Shown here: piece by piece, positions 1 through 9,436 of the stretch
How positions within the stretch are numbered: the first letter of the stretch is position 1
Layout of the letters: each line of letters starts with the position of its first letter
IMG/VR virus record: IMGVR_UViG_3300028886_000051
DNA length: 64,000 bases
DNA from: a virus
Taxonomy: Duplodnaviria; Caudoviricetes
Strand: one strand, 5' to 3'
Position numbers and translations under genes: made by a program
Notes under the pieces: generated by a model
Database searches by the model: none
What the model was told of the DNA's origin: nothing
What the model saw: the letters and a program-made list of their open reading frames with translations, nothing else

Positions 1-2
1 GC

Positions 3-899
3 GGTCTTTCTATCGAAACATTTGGTACATGGCTCAACACTTCGATGTATGAGATTCCTACGCTTGCGATTGTAAACGAAGTATATTTTAGAATGGCGTA
101 TAACTATGATGAATTACTTGATAGCTTCAAAAAGAGATTAGATGAAAAGTACGAAAATCTCAGAAGCGGTCATTGGTATGCTGGTACATTTTCTGAATTT
201 GGTCTTAGAAGAAGACTTTCTGCTGAAGCACAGGAATTAGCTGTTGAGAAGTTCTCACATTTGAATGATACATTACACAGTCCTTCTAAATTTGTTGGTA
301 CATCCAATGTATATCTTGCGAAGAAATATAACCTTACACCTGTTGGAACTATGGCTCATGAATGGATTATGTGTTCTGGTCAGGGTAATCACAAGCACAA
401 TCCAGCATATTCAAACTGGTATGCCTTAGATGCATGGGTTAGAGAATATGGTGTGTTAAATGGTATTGCACTCACAGATACAATTACAACTGATTGTTTC
501 TTAAAAGACTTTCAGTTGACATATGCAACATTATTTAGTGGTGTAAGACATGATAGTGGTGATCCGATTGAATGGGGTGAGAAAATGATTAATCATTATG
601 AGTCACTTGGTATTAATCCTAAAACAAAAACACTTCTGTTTAGTGACAGTCTTGATTTTGAAAGAGCTGATAAGTTATTCAGACACTTCCACGATAGAGT
701 AAATGTTGCATTTGGAATTGGTACTTATTTGAGCAATGACACAGATGTTCCTGCTTTAAATATTGTGATGAAAACCACTAAATGTAACGGTATGGATGTT
801 GCCAAGGTGTCTGACGTAGAAGGAAAAGGCATGTGTAAAAACCCTGATTATGTTGATTATCTAAAGAGATGTATTAATTGGAGAATTGATCATGAATAA
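3..899 (+). CDS. pncB: Nicotinate phosphoribosyltransferase (5'-partial)
   Basis: Frame open from window start; motifs EFGLRRR, GTSN, GTMAHEW, RHDSGDP, FSDSL, FGIGT. Confidence 0.92.
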   Translation, partial: GLSIETFGTWLNTSMYEIPTLAIVNEVYFRMAYNYDELLDSFKKRLDEKYENLRSGHWYAGTFSEFGLRRRLSAEAQELAVEKFSHLNDTLHSPSKFVGTSNVYLAKKYNLTPVGTMAHEWIMCSGQGNHKHNPAYSNWYALDAWVREYGVLNGIALTDTITTDCFLKDFQLTYATLFSGVRHDSGDPIEWGEKMINHYESLGINPKTKTLLFSDSLDFERADKLFRHFHDRVNVAFGIGTYLSNDTDVPALNIVMKTTKCNGMDVAKVSDVEGKGMCKNPDYVDYLKRCINWRIDHE

Positions 900-1518
900 A
901 ATTTTACTTATACCAGGAAGTTTTAATCCGATTACAAACGCTCATGTTGATATGGCATTGACTGCTAAAAAAGCGGTTAATGCCGATGCTATATTGTTTA
1001 TTCCTGCACATGATACATATGTTGCGAAGAAAAAGACTTTGATACCTGGATATTGTCGAGTATCATTGATTAATTCAATGCCAAATTGTGATGAAAATAA
1101 TATGTGGGCATCCGAAGTTGAGACAACCAGTTTCTTTCCACAGAGGACATATAACACCATTGCTCAGATAAGAGATATGAATGAAAAGGATTATATCTTT
1201 AATGAATATTATATCTGTTTAGGAATGGATAATATTGAAACACTCACAACTTGGTATAACTGGAAACCGTTTGTCGAAGAATACAATTTTGTAGCATGTG
1301 TGAGAGAAGGTCAGAATCTTGAGGCTACTTTGAGAGAAGCAAATCTTATGGAATATAAAGATCATTTCACAGAAATTCAGATACCAGAAAATCATACTTC
1401 TTCAAGTTTGGTTAGAGATTTATGTGAAAAGGGTGAATTTGAAAAAGTAAAAGAGTTAGTCCCTAAAAATGTATATGAGTATTTGATTCGGTTTTATGAT
1501 GTGATGAATCGAATGTAG
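892..1518 (+). CDS. nadD: Nicotinate-nucleotide adenylyltransferase
   Basis: GSFNPITNAH (HxGH-like), GMDN, SSSLVR; lies between pncB and nadE. Confidence 0.88.
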   Translation: MNKILLIPGSFNPITNAHVDMALTAKKAVNADAILFIPAHDTYVAKKKTLIPGYCRVSLINSMPNCDENNMWASEVETTSFFPQRTYNTIAQIRDMNEKDYIFNEYYICLGMDNIETLTTWYNWKPFVEEYNFVACVREGQNLEATLREANLMEYKDHFTEIQIPENHTSSSLVRDLCEKGEFEKVKELVPKNVYEYLIRFYDVMNRM

Positions 1519-1534
1519 AAAGGAGAATATATAA

Positions 1535-2272
1535 ATGTTTGATGCTAAGAAAGTAAAAAATGAAATCGTAGAATGGATCAGAGATTGGTTTGAACAGAAT
1601 GGTAAAGATTGTATGGCAGTAGTGGGAATTTCTGGTGGTAAAGATTCAAGTGTTGTAGCTGCATTATGTGTAGAAGCTCTTGGTAAGGATAGAGTTTTTG
1701 GTGTGATGATGCCACAGGGAAGACAAAGAGATATTGAATATAGTCGTAAACTTTGCAGTTTTTTAGACATCCCACGCACTATTATTCCAGTCGGAACAAT
1801 TGTTGATGTTGCTGAATATGAAATTAAAACATCATTAGATGAAGAGTTATCAATTCAGACAAAAACAAATCTTCCTGCTCGTATTCGTATGGCTACTCTT
1901 TATGCTGTATCACAGACAGTAAATGGCAGAGTAGCAAATACGTGCAATCTTTCAGAGGATTTTGTCGGGTATGCGACCAAATTTGGTGACGCTGCTGGTG
2001 ATTTCAGTCCGTTATCTCGGCTTACAGTAACAGAGGTTAAGGCTATTGGTCGTGAGTTAGGTCTTCCATCTGAATTAGTTGATAAGACACCTACTGATGG
2101 TCTTTGTGGAAAGACAGATGAAGACAACCTTGGATTTACTTATGCTGAATTAGATGCATATATCAGAGATGGAATTGAACCAAGTGAGGAAGTAAAAGCA
2201 AAGATTGATTCAATGCATGAGAAAAATCTGTTTAAATTACAGCCAATGCCAAGTTTTGTGTATGAAGCGTAA
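1535..2272 (+). CDS. nadE: NH3-dependent NAD+ synthetase
   Basis: GISGGKDSS, NLPARIRM, GYATKFGD, PTDGL, DEDNLG. Confidence 0.93.
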   Translation: MFDAKKVKNEIVEWIRDWFEQNGKDCMAVVGISGGKDSSVVAALCVEALGKDRVFGVMMPQGRQRDIEYSRKLCSFLDIPRTIIPVGTIVDVAEYEIKTSLDEELSIQTKTNLPARIRMATLYAVSQTVNGRVANTCNLSEDFVGYATKFGDAAGDFSPLSRLTVTEVKAIGRELGLPSELVDKTPTDGLCGKTDEDNLGFTYAELDAYIRDGIEPSEEVKAKIDSMHEKNLFKLQPMPSFVYEA

Positions 2273-2278
2273 ATGACA

Positions 2279-2323
2279 TACTATATATAGTGTTTATAGA
2301 AAATATAGACACTATATATAGTA
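2279..2323. repeat. 45-bp inverted repeat (TACTATATATAG motif); degenerate second copy at 22985-23029
   Basis: tactatatatagtgtttata-gaaaa-tatagacactatatatagta. Confidence 0.75.
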
Positions 2324-2374
2324 ATATTTTTACCAAGAAACATAGATTTCTTCTGCTCTAGCAGAGAATATATA

Positions 2375-2572
2375 AATGAGGTAAAACGAACTGAAAACCT
2401 GAGATGGTGAAAAGGTAAAGATGAAGGCTGAAATTAACAAATCAGTCAACCGATGAGCGTATAGGCTGAAACTCATTTGAGAATATAATGCCTTGGAACA
2501 AACCTCGATCCTAACATGTAATGATGAGGAATAAGGATGCTCTCATAGAGTACAGAAATGAATGTACTTTTA
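2375..2572 (+). ncRNA. Possible structured non-coding RNA
   Basis: No ORF of 60 aa or more; stems aaatgag/ctcattt, ggctga/tcagtc, agagtaca/tgtacttt; follows a GAGAATA motif. Confidence 0.3.
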
Positions 2573-2584
2573 ATATGAAAAGAG

Positions 2585-2914
2585 GTGAAGTTTTTGAAAA
2601 TCGTACAAAATAAATCACATTATGATTTTAGAATAAAAATCGGAAATAACTATATAACTGTTGCAATGCTTCATCCGTGGCTATTTAGTAAACATAATCA
2701 TAAATACAATCTGTATTTTTATTATTATGGAGCTGAGTATGAGGAAGGAACATATGCCTGTTGTCATAGAAATGGGAACGAAAAAATGGTTGTATACGAA
2801 CAAGAAGATGAACTTCATAAAGAATTCCTTAAAAGAGTAACAAGGATAGTTTCAAAGAAGTTATATGTTATAGGAAGCTCAATACTAGAAGAAATAAAAT
2901 ATATTGAGGATTAG
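2585..2914 (+). CDS. Hypothetical protein
   Basis: ORF with SD GAGGTG; start may be the nearby TTG. Confidence 0.6.
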   Translation: MKFLKIVQNKSHYDFRIKIGNNYITVAMLHPWLFSKHNHKYNLYFYYYGAEYEEGTYACCHRNGNEKMVVYEQEDELHKEFLKRVTRIVSKKLYVIGSSILEEIKYIED

Positions 2915-2923
2915 GAGAATAAT

Positions 2924-3184
2924 ATGGCAGGATTTGTATCAAAACAACCAAATGGATTATATTGTAGATTTTCGACAGTCACGGATTGCCCTACGGCATG
3001 GAATATGACAAGAGAAGATTATATCAATATGAAAATGCAGGAAGCAAAAGAAGATGCTGAAGATGTATTGGATAATTATCTGAAGCCGTTTGATATGATG
3101 GTGGATATGTATTATCCAAACAATATGACAAAAGAGGAATTTGATAAATTCCTTGAAGAGACCGGATATAGTAAAGGAGAGTAA
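2924..3184 (+). CDS. Hypothetical phage protein
   Basis: ORF with SD. Confidence 0.7.
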   Translation: MAGFVSKQPNGLYCRFSTVTDCPTAWNMTREDYINMKMQEAKEDAEDVLDNYLKPFDMMVDMYYPNNMTKEEFDKFLEETGYSKGE

Positions 3185-3189
3185 ACCAT

Positions 3190-3450
3190 ATGAAGAAGAA
3201 AATTTTAGCAGTTGCATTAGGATTAACATTATGTTTTGGAATGACTAGATGTACCAATGTTGTCAATATTGATAAGACAATTAAGAGTCCGAATTCAAAA
3301 TTATGTGATTTCGAGGTTATTGAAACAAATTTTTATGGAGCAATTTTAGTAGACAAAAACACCAATGTTTTATATTACTGGATTCAGGGTGATAGTATGA
3401 CACCAATCTATAATTCAGATGGAACAGTTAAATTATACGATGGAGAATAA
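3190..3450 (+). CDS. Secreted/lipoprotein-like hypothetical protein
   Basis: Signal peptide MKKKILAVALGLTLC; VDKNTNVLY..MTPIYNSDG motif. Confidence 0.65.
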   Translation: MKKKILAVALGLTLCFGMTRCTNVVNIDKTIKSPNSKLCDFEVIETNFYGAILVDKNTNVLYYWIQGDSMTPIYNSDGTVKLYDGE

Positions 3451-3595
3451 TATGATAGATAATAAATTACGCAATCAATATAGACAAGCTGTTGGTGATT
3501 TAAAAACAGTATTTAAAGAAACTTATTTGTACAGATTTTGCGAAGAAGTTGTGAAGAGATTAAGTAAGATTTTGAGATAGTAAGGAGATTAATAT

Positions 3596-3904
3596 ATGAT
3601 ATATAAACATAGCAAAATAACAATGCCACGAATGAATTTATTTCAGAGTAATGCATTTAGATTGAAAAATGGAGCAATTTACGAATCTATTGAATTAGCA
3701 TATGTTTCAGAAGATGGTCTTGTAGAAAAAGAAATTACTAACTATGAGTATGATACGGATTCAAGAATCTTATATCTTCCAGATTATGAGAAAGAAAATG
3801 TATCTGTTAATCGAAGAGTTCTTATTAAATACGAAGTAGAAGTAGATTGTGTAAGACATTCAGATAGTTTTACAGATGGTAATTTTGTATCATTTAAGAT
3901 TTGA
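3596..3904 (+). CDS. Hypothetical protein
   Basis: ORF with SD. Confidence 0.65.
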   Translation: MIYKHSKITMPRMNLFQSNAFRLKNGAIYESIELAYVSEDGLVEKEITNYEYDTDSRILYLPDYEKENVSVNRRVLIKYEVEVDCVRHSDSFTDGNFVSFKI

Positions 3905-3926
3905 ATAATGTGATGGAGTTGATTAT

Positions 3927-4163
3927 ATGACAGAAGAATATTTTAATAGCCATGTTAAAAGATGTAAAAAGTGTGGTAACATTCCACAACTGGTTTCTGA
4001 AACAACTTTATTTGCAAAATCTAATGAACCAAAATACAAAATTATTTGTTGGAATTGCAAATGGGAAGATGGAGAATATAAAGATAATAGTAGAACAGGT
4101 TTGTGTAAAACACCTGAGTCTGCATTAAGAATTTGGAATAATAAGTTTGGAAGAGAGGATTAA
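3927..4163 (+). CDS. Lar-like (restriction alleviation) zinc-finger protein
   Basis: CxxCG...CxxC...WN pattern typical of the Lar family. Confidence 0.5.
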   Translation: MTEEYFNSHVKRCKKCGNIPQLVSETTLFAKSNEPKYKIICWNCKWEDGEYKDNSRTGLCKTPESALRIWNNKFGRED

Positions 4164-4165
4164 AT

Positions 4166-4441
4166 ATGAGTATTGATTTAGAGTTATATAGAAAAACTGT
4201 TAATTCAAGCGATAGAGTTTTTACAGGCAAGAAAGACATAAATGGAAGACCAATTAAAGTTGGTGATGTAATTGTCCCTGTTGGTGGCAAAGAACAGTAT
4301 TGTGTTAATTATTCAGAGGCAAAGAAGTGCTATTATGGATTGGGATTTGGAAATAAAATTCTTCCATTTAAGAAATTTTCAAAATGTGAAAATGTTGGTG
4401 TGGCAATTCGTAATGAAGATGCAAATAAAATTTTTAAATAA
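4166..4441 (+). CDS. YopX-like protein
   Basis: FTGKKDINGRPIKVGDVI motif. Confidence 0.55.
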   Translation: MSIDLELYRKTVNSSDRVFTGKKDINGRPIKVGDVIVPVGGKEQYCVNYSEAKKCYYGLGFGNKILPFKKFSKCENVGVAIRNEDANKIFK

Positions 4442-4581
4442 AAGGTAATCCTAAAAGTCATTGACAATAGGATAGAGGCTGTGATTCTTAGCCATCTGGC
4501 TTAAAAATAAGGCAGTAAACGGTTTGGTAAAAGACGAAGAATCCGAAGTTTCCTTTGGACGATAAGAAAGAGAGGTAAAAT

Positions 4582-4989
4582 ATGTATATTTGTTTAACAG
4601 TATTAATTGGATTATTAGGACTTTGCGTGGGAGCAATTATTGGACTTGGAATTGATTCTAAGATCAATCGTGATTACATACTTGGAATGAACAATATTAC
4701 TAAAGAATATTTAGAAAAAGTAATTGATTTAGAAAAAGGATATTTCAATACAATTGCGACAGATTTAGCAAAAGCAGTAGATGACATTAACAAAGTATAT
4801 GAAAAGCCAATTTGGAGAAAGACAGAAGAAGAATTACCACCATGTTCAGGATTATATTATGGCAAGATTAAAGGTAATCCACATGGAGAGAATGCTATGT
4901 GGAAAGTAGTATATAACGACAATGAATGGAGCTTATCTGGCTATCCTGATAATAAAGTAGAAATTAGTGAGTGGACAGAGATCTATTAA
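4582..4989 (+). CDS. Membrane-anchored hypothetical protein
   Basis: N-terminal hydrophobic helix. Confidence 0.6.
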   Translation: MYICLTVLIGLLGLCVGAIIGLGIDSKINRDYILGMNNITKEYLEKVIDLEKGYFNTIATDLAKAVDDINKVYEKPIWRKTEEELPPCSGLYYGKIKGNPHGENAMWKVVYNDNEWSLSGYPDNKVEISEWTEIY

Positions 4990-5058
4990 GAGAATATTAA
5001 TACGAAAGGAGCGAGAGATTTGCTGCAGCATTAAATCTGGATTTGCTCTGAGTAAGAA

Positions 5059-5820
5059 ATGTTAGAGATTAACAAAATATACAATGAAGATTGCCTCGAA
5101 GGTATGAAAAAGATTGATGATAAGTCAATAGATTTTATCTTCACAGATCTTCCGTTTTCAACAACCCAGAATTCATGGGATGTGTTAATTCCATTCGAGC
5201 CATTATGGAAACAATACGAGAGAATCATCAAAGATAATGGTTGTATTGCATTATGGGCGCAGTCGCCATTTGATAAGAGACTTGCTTGTAGTAATGAAAA
5301 ACTATATCGCTATGAATGGATTATCGAAAAGACCAAAGCAACTGGTCATCTAAATGCTAAGAAAATGCCTATGAAGGCACACGAAAATGTCTTGATTTTC
5401 TATAAGAAACTCCCTACATACAATCCGCAAATGACAGAAGGACATACACCTGTTCATTCTTATACAAAGCATACAACAGATGGTAGCTGTTATGGTGCTA
5501 CAAAGACTGGTATTTCAGGTGGTGGCAGTACACAAAGATATCCAAGAGACGTTCTACAGTTCAAGTGGGACACTCAGAAAAGTAGCTTGCATCAGTGCCA
5601 AAAGCCTGTTGAAGCGTGTGAGTATTTTATTAAAACCTATACCAATCCAGGAGATTTAGTTCTTGATTCATGTGCAGGAAGTTGTACAACTGCAGTTGCA
5701 GCTTTGAACACAGGTAGAAAATACATATGTTTTGAGAAAGACAAGGATATTTTTGAGGTTGGAAGTAAGAGAGTGGCTGAGTATATTAGTCAAGATTTAT
5801 TAATGAGTGCAACTAAATAA
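5059..5820 (+). CDS. N6-adenine/N4-cytosine DNA methyltransferase (beta class)
   Basis: DCLEGM, DLPF (motif IV variant), HQCQKP, VLDSCAGS. Confidence 0.88.
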   Translation: MLEINKIYNEDCLEGMKKIDDKSIDFIFTDLPFSTTQNSWDVLIPFEPLWKQYERIIKDNGCIALWAQSPFDKRLACSNEKLYRYEWIIEKTKATGHLNAKKMPMKAHENVLIFYKKLPTYNPQMTEGHTPVHSYTKHTTDGSCYGATKTGISGGGSTQRYPRDVLQFKWDTQKSSLHQCQKPVEACEYFIKTYTNPGDLVLDSCAGSCTTAVAALNTGRKYICFEKDKDIFEVGSKRVAEYISQDLLMSATK

Positions 5821-5890
5821 GAGAATAAGAATAATGAAAGGAGACGAGGTTCGTGTACACAAGAAGGAATTCCTTACTCCAAGTAATTAA

Positions 5891-6622
5891 ATGGTATATC
5901 AAGGAAGTAAAAACAGATTGGCAAAATTTTTAGTGCCAATTATTCAGAAGTATATTGATGATAATAATATCAAAACTTACATAGAGCCTATGGTTGGTGG
6001 AGCTAATCTTATTGATAAGATTAAATGTGACAAAAGAATTGGAGCAGATATTAATGAGGAATTGATTGCTTTGTTAAAATATGCTCAGACAGACAATAAT
6101 TTATCTATTGCGCCTGAAGTATGTACATTTGAACATTACGCAGATGTTAGAGAAGATAGAAAACATGGAACTCATAAGTACTCACCAGAATATATTGCAT
6201 TGATTGGATATATGGCAAGCTATGGTGGTAGATACTTTGATGGCGGTTATGGTAGAAATTCTGATGACAGTTCTGTATACAAGTCAAGATTTGATAATTT
6301 CAAAGAGCAAGTTCCAAACTTGAATGATATAGAATTTACATGTTGCGATTACAACGATTTCGCAGACTATAAAAATTGTCTTTTCTATTTTGATCCACCT
6401 TATAAGGGAACAAAACAGTATTCTAAACAGTCTATTGATTATGATTCTTTTTACGATTTTCTTCGTAAACTTTCAGAGAATAATATAGTGTTGGTAAGTG
6501 AATATAATATGCCTGATGATTTTACTTGTATTTGGCAGAAAGAGCGTAAGGTGTTGCAGAAGTCAGATAGGGTTACAGGTGAAAAAGCAGTAGAAAAGTT
6601 GTTTATAGTTGATAAAAACTAA
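5891..6622 (+). CDS. Dam/D12-class adenine methyltransferase
   Basis: YQGSK, EPMVGG, FDPPY. Confidence 0.88.
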   Translation: MVYQGSKNRLAKFLVPIIQKYIDDNNIKTYIEPMVGGANLIDKIKCDKRIGADINEELIALLKYAQTDNNLSIAPEVCTFEHYADVREDRKHGTHKYSPEYIALIGYMASYGGRYFDGGYGRNSDDSSVYKSRFDNFKEQVPNLNDIEFTCCDYNDFADYKNCLFYFDPPYKGTKQYSKQSIDYDSFYDFLRKLSENNIVLVSEYNMPDDFTCIWQKERKVLQKSDRVTGEKAVEKLFIVDKN

Positions 6623-6767
6623 AAGGAAATTTTGGTTTCTTGGCTTATCACGAAAACTATACAATATTTATGGACAAACAAGAGAATATAACAATGTAAT
6701 TACAATTAAAGAAAGGAAAAACGTTCACATGTGAGTAAAGCTGCGCAGCTACTATCGGTGAACAAAT

Positions 6768-7640
6768 TTGAAAAATACATATATTAAATCGCCTCTAAAT
6801 TATGTCGGAGGCAAGTATAAACTGTTACCACAGATTATACCCCTTATACCAAAAGATATTAATACATTTGTAGATTTATTTGGTGGTGGATTTAATGTTG
6901 GGATTAACATTGAAGCAAAGCATTTGGTTTACAATGATATTTGTAAACAGGTGGTAGATTTATTGGAACATTTCTACAATAATGATTCTGAGTATATTCA
7001 TAATATGATTTTAAAAACCATATCTGATTTTGGATTAAGCAGGTCTGATCTTAATGGTTATGAAGCATATGGATGTGAGTCAAGTAAAGGTCTTGGCGAA
7101 TATAATAAACCTAAATACTTTAAATTAAGAAAAGAATACAACTCTAATCCTGATTGGATTAAATTCTATACACTTATAACGTGTTCGTTTAGTAATCAGA
7201 TACGATTCAATTCTAAAGGTGAATTTAATATGCCTTATGGAAAACGTGATTATAATATTTCCCTACAAGAAAAATTAAAGACTTTTGTTGATGAAATGCA
7301 TAAAAAAGACATTCAATTTTGGAATAAAGATTTTAGAGAATGTAATTTTTTTGCAGACGATTTTATATATGTTGATCCACCATATTACAACTCGGTTGCT
7401 ACTTATAATGAAAATGGCGGTTGGTCAGAACAGGACGAGAGAGATTTGTTAAGTGTGTTAGATGTTGTGGACAAGCATGGCAGATTTGCACTAAGCAACA
7501 ATCTTAAATATGATAATCCGTTATTAGATGAATGGAAGAATAAATATAACGTTCATTATCTAAATGGTGATTATAGCAACTGTAATTATCAGAAAAAGGA
7601 CAAGAGTGCCGATTGTGAGGTATTAATCACAAATTATTAA
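6768..7640 (+). CDS. Dam/D12-class adenine methyltransferase
   Basis: NYVGGK, DLFGGG, RFNSKGEFN, VDPPY, EVLITNY. Confidence 0.9.
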   Translation: MKNTYIKSPLNYVGGKYKLLPQIIPLIPKDINTFVDLFGGGFNVGINIEAKHLVYNDICKQVVDLLEHFYNNDSEYIHNMILKTISDFGLSRSDLNGYEAYGCESSKGLGEYNKPKYFKLRKEYNSNPDWIKFYTLITCSFSNQIRFNSKGEFNMPYGKRDYNISLQEKLKTFVDEMHKKDIQFWNKDFRECNFFADDFIYVDPPYYNSVATYNENGGWSEQDERDLLSVLDVVDKHGRFALSNNLKYDNPLLDEWKNKYNVHYLNGDYSNCNYQKKDKSADCEVLITNY

Positions 7641-7644
7641 AATC

Positions 7645-7687
7645 TCAACCTCTGAAACGCCTTAAAATCAAGGCTTTCAGAGGTTGA
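7645..7687. repeat. Motif-B inverted repeat AAASCCTT-N6/7-AAGGSTTT; related copies at 4496-4515, 18762-18802, 26570-26600, 26681-26705, 46707-46737
   Basis: tcaacctctgaaacgccttaaaatcaaggctttcagaggttga. Confidence 0.7.
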
Positions 7688-7900
7688 AAAAGCAAAGGAA
7701 AACCACGTTTCCTTCGAGGAGGTGATTGATTGGATACATCGTGTGAAACTTGTAAATGTAACACCTGTAAGATGAATGAAAATGGTGGCATTTATGGTGG
7801 ATGTTTTGATTGTGAAGATTGCAAAGAACAAGATTTACACTGTGAAGATTGTTCAATGTATGAATATGACAAAGATAGAATGAGTAATTAGGAGAAATTT

Positions 7901-8404
7901 ATGGGTAAATCATTAGAATTTGTAAAAGAACGAATTACATCAGGTCAGTGCAATGGCATGGAGAATAATAAATATGAATCCATGATTGAACAAGATATAC
8001 GAGAGTTATTTACGGTTGTTAATTACACCAAAAATGGAACAATTTTAGCAGATGTACCTTATCTTAAAGGCGACAAACCTTATTTTAATGTGATTATTAA
8101 GCATGATCCAGATGCAGATTTTGAATATTTCACAATGCAGCGTTGCAATTGTGATGGAACGTTTGTATTCTTTCAAGATTTAATGGGTGAGTGCATAGAT
8201 AAAATGATTCATCTTAAAACCTGTAATGTAAATAAGGAGATTCCAAAAGATTTAACTGGATATTCTATTATTTATACGGTTGGAGATTTTGTATTAGCGG
8301 AAGAGTTTGGAGATGAATTTGCAACCAAAGAAAAGCCTTGGATGCAGAGTAGATTCACCGCTATGTTGCCAATTAAGTTTGATATAGTGAAGAATGGAGA
8401 ATAA
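7901..8404 (+). CDS. Hypothetical protein
   Basis: ORF with SD. Confidence 0.7.
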   Translation: MGKSLEFVKERITSGQCNGMENNKYESMIEQDIRELFTVVNYTKNGTILADVPYLKGDKPYFNVIIKHDPDADFEYFTMQRCNCDGTFVFFQDLMGECIDKMIHLKTCNVNKEIPKDLTGYSIIYTVGDFVLAEEFGDEFATKEKPWMQSRFTAMLPIKFDIVKNGE

Positions 8405-8672
8405 CAATATGAGAGCATATGAATTACGACAACATGACGTAATTTCCTATTATCCTCCACAACCACACAAACAGGAATATAAACTTGGAGAATACATTTC
8501 TATTGATGAACTAGCTGAAGCAATGTTTGGTTCACCTGCTTTAAGATTAGATAGAGATAAAAATGAGGACAAGATACTTCAAGTTATAGAAATAAAATAT
8601 GTGAAATTTCCTTGGTGGAAGTTTTGGAAGAGAAGAAAATATGTTGAAGAATATCATTTAGAAGTTATGTAG
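8394..8672 (+). CDS. Hypothetical protein
   Basis: ORF; likely start at 8409. Confidence 0.6.
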   Translation: MENNNMRAYELRQHDVISYYPPQPHKQEYKLGEYISIDELAEAMFGSPALRLDRDKNEDKILQVIEIKYVKFPWWKFWKRRKYVEEYHLEVM

Positions 8673-8684
8673 GTAGGTGAGAAT

Positions 8685-8894
8685 ATGTTTCAAAAATCAG
8701 AAAAACAGAAAATATGTGATTGGGTTGCTGATGTAGTGCAACATAATATTCAAATTCTCAATAAATTATCAGAAAAGAAAACACCACAAGACATTGAGGT
8801 TATTGAGAGTAATGGTAAGAAGTATATTGCATTGGATGATGTACATAAATTACTCGATGATAGATTTGAGGAACATAGATTATTAGGAGAATAA
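8685..8894 (+). CDS. Hypothetical protein
   Basis: ORF with SD. Confidence 0.6.
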   Translation: MFQKSEKQKICDWVADVVQHNIQILNKLSEKKTPQDIEVIESNGKKYIALDDVHKLLDDRFEEHRLLGE

Positions 8895-9083
8895 CAATAT
8901 GAAAAGATACAAATTAACCAGAAGTCCTAACCCAGAAACTCATGCATCTGGCGAAGTAATATTTATAAAAGATGAAAATGGTAATGAGCTTAATGTCGGA
9001 TTTAGCGATCAATGTGATGCATTTGATAAGAGTGTCACCGCACACTCGTGACTTCAGTCATGAGTTAGGTGACACAATATAAA

Positions 9084-9281
9084 TCATTCAATAAACTCAA
9101 TTATATCTTCAATTTTACAATGAAAATATTTACATATGCTGTCTAATGTAGACATTGAAATATATTCATTTTTGGATATTTTTGCAAGAGTATTCATACT
9201 CATTCCAGTTGCCTCACGAAGTTGAGTTTTTGTCATATCTTTTTCAACTAATAATCTTAATAATGGTTTATATGAAAACAT
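9084..9281 (-). CDS. XRE/Cro-C1 HTH regulator
   Basis: SYKPLLRLL...TLAKISKNEYISMSTLDSICKYFHCKIEDI; SD AAGGAGGTG. Confidence 0.85.
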   Translation of the reverse strand: MFSYKPLLRLLVEKDMTKTQLREATGMSMNTLAKISKNEYISMSTLDSICKYFHCKIEDIIEFIE

Positions 9282-9303
9282 AATATACACCTCCTTTATT
9301 TAG

Positions 9304-9392
9304 ATTATAACATAAAAGATATTGTAGTCAATATATAATATATAGAAAACTATATAAAATATGTTGACAAAATATATAGATAATGGTATATT
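9304..9392. promoter_or_regulatory. Back-to-back sigmaA promoters for the HTH gene (-) and tnpB (+)
   Basis: TTGACA(9364)-17-TATATT with extended TG; TTGACT-16-TATAAT on minus strand; repeated TATATAGA. Confidence 0.7.
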
Positions 9393-9436
9393 ATATATAG
9401 AAACACATATATTTAATTTAGAAAGGAGGATATTTT

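Noticed and set aside
2450-2480. Hammerhead ribozyme (CCGATGA...GAAAC)
   Set aside because: Core deviates from CTGATGA and stem I cannot be formed.
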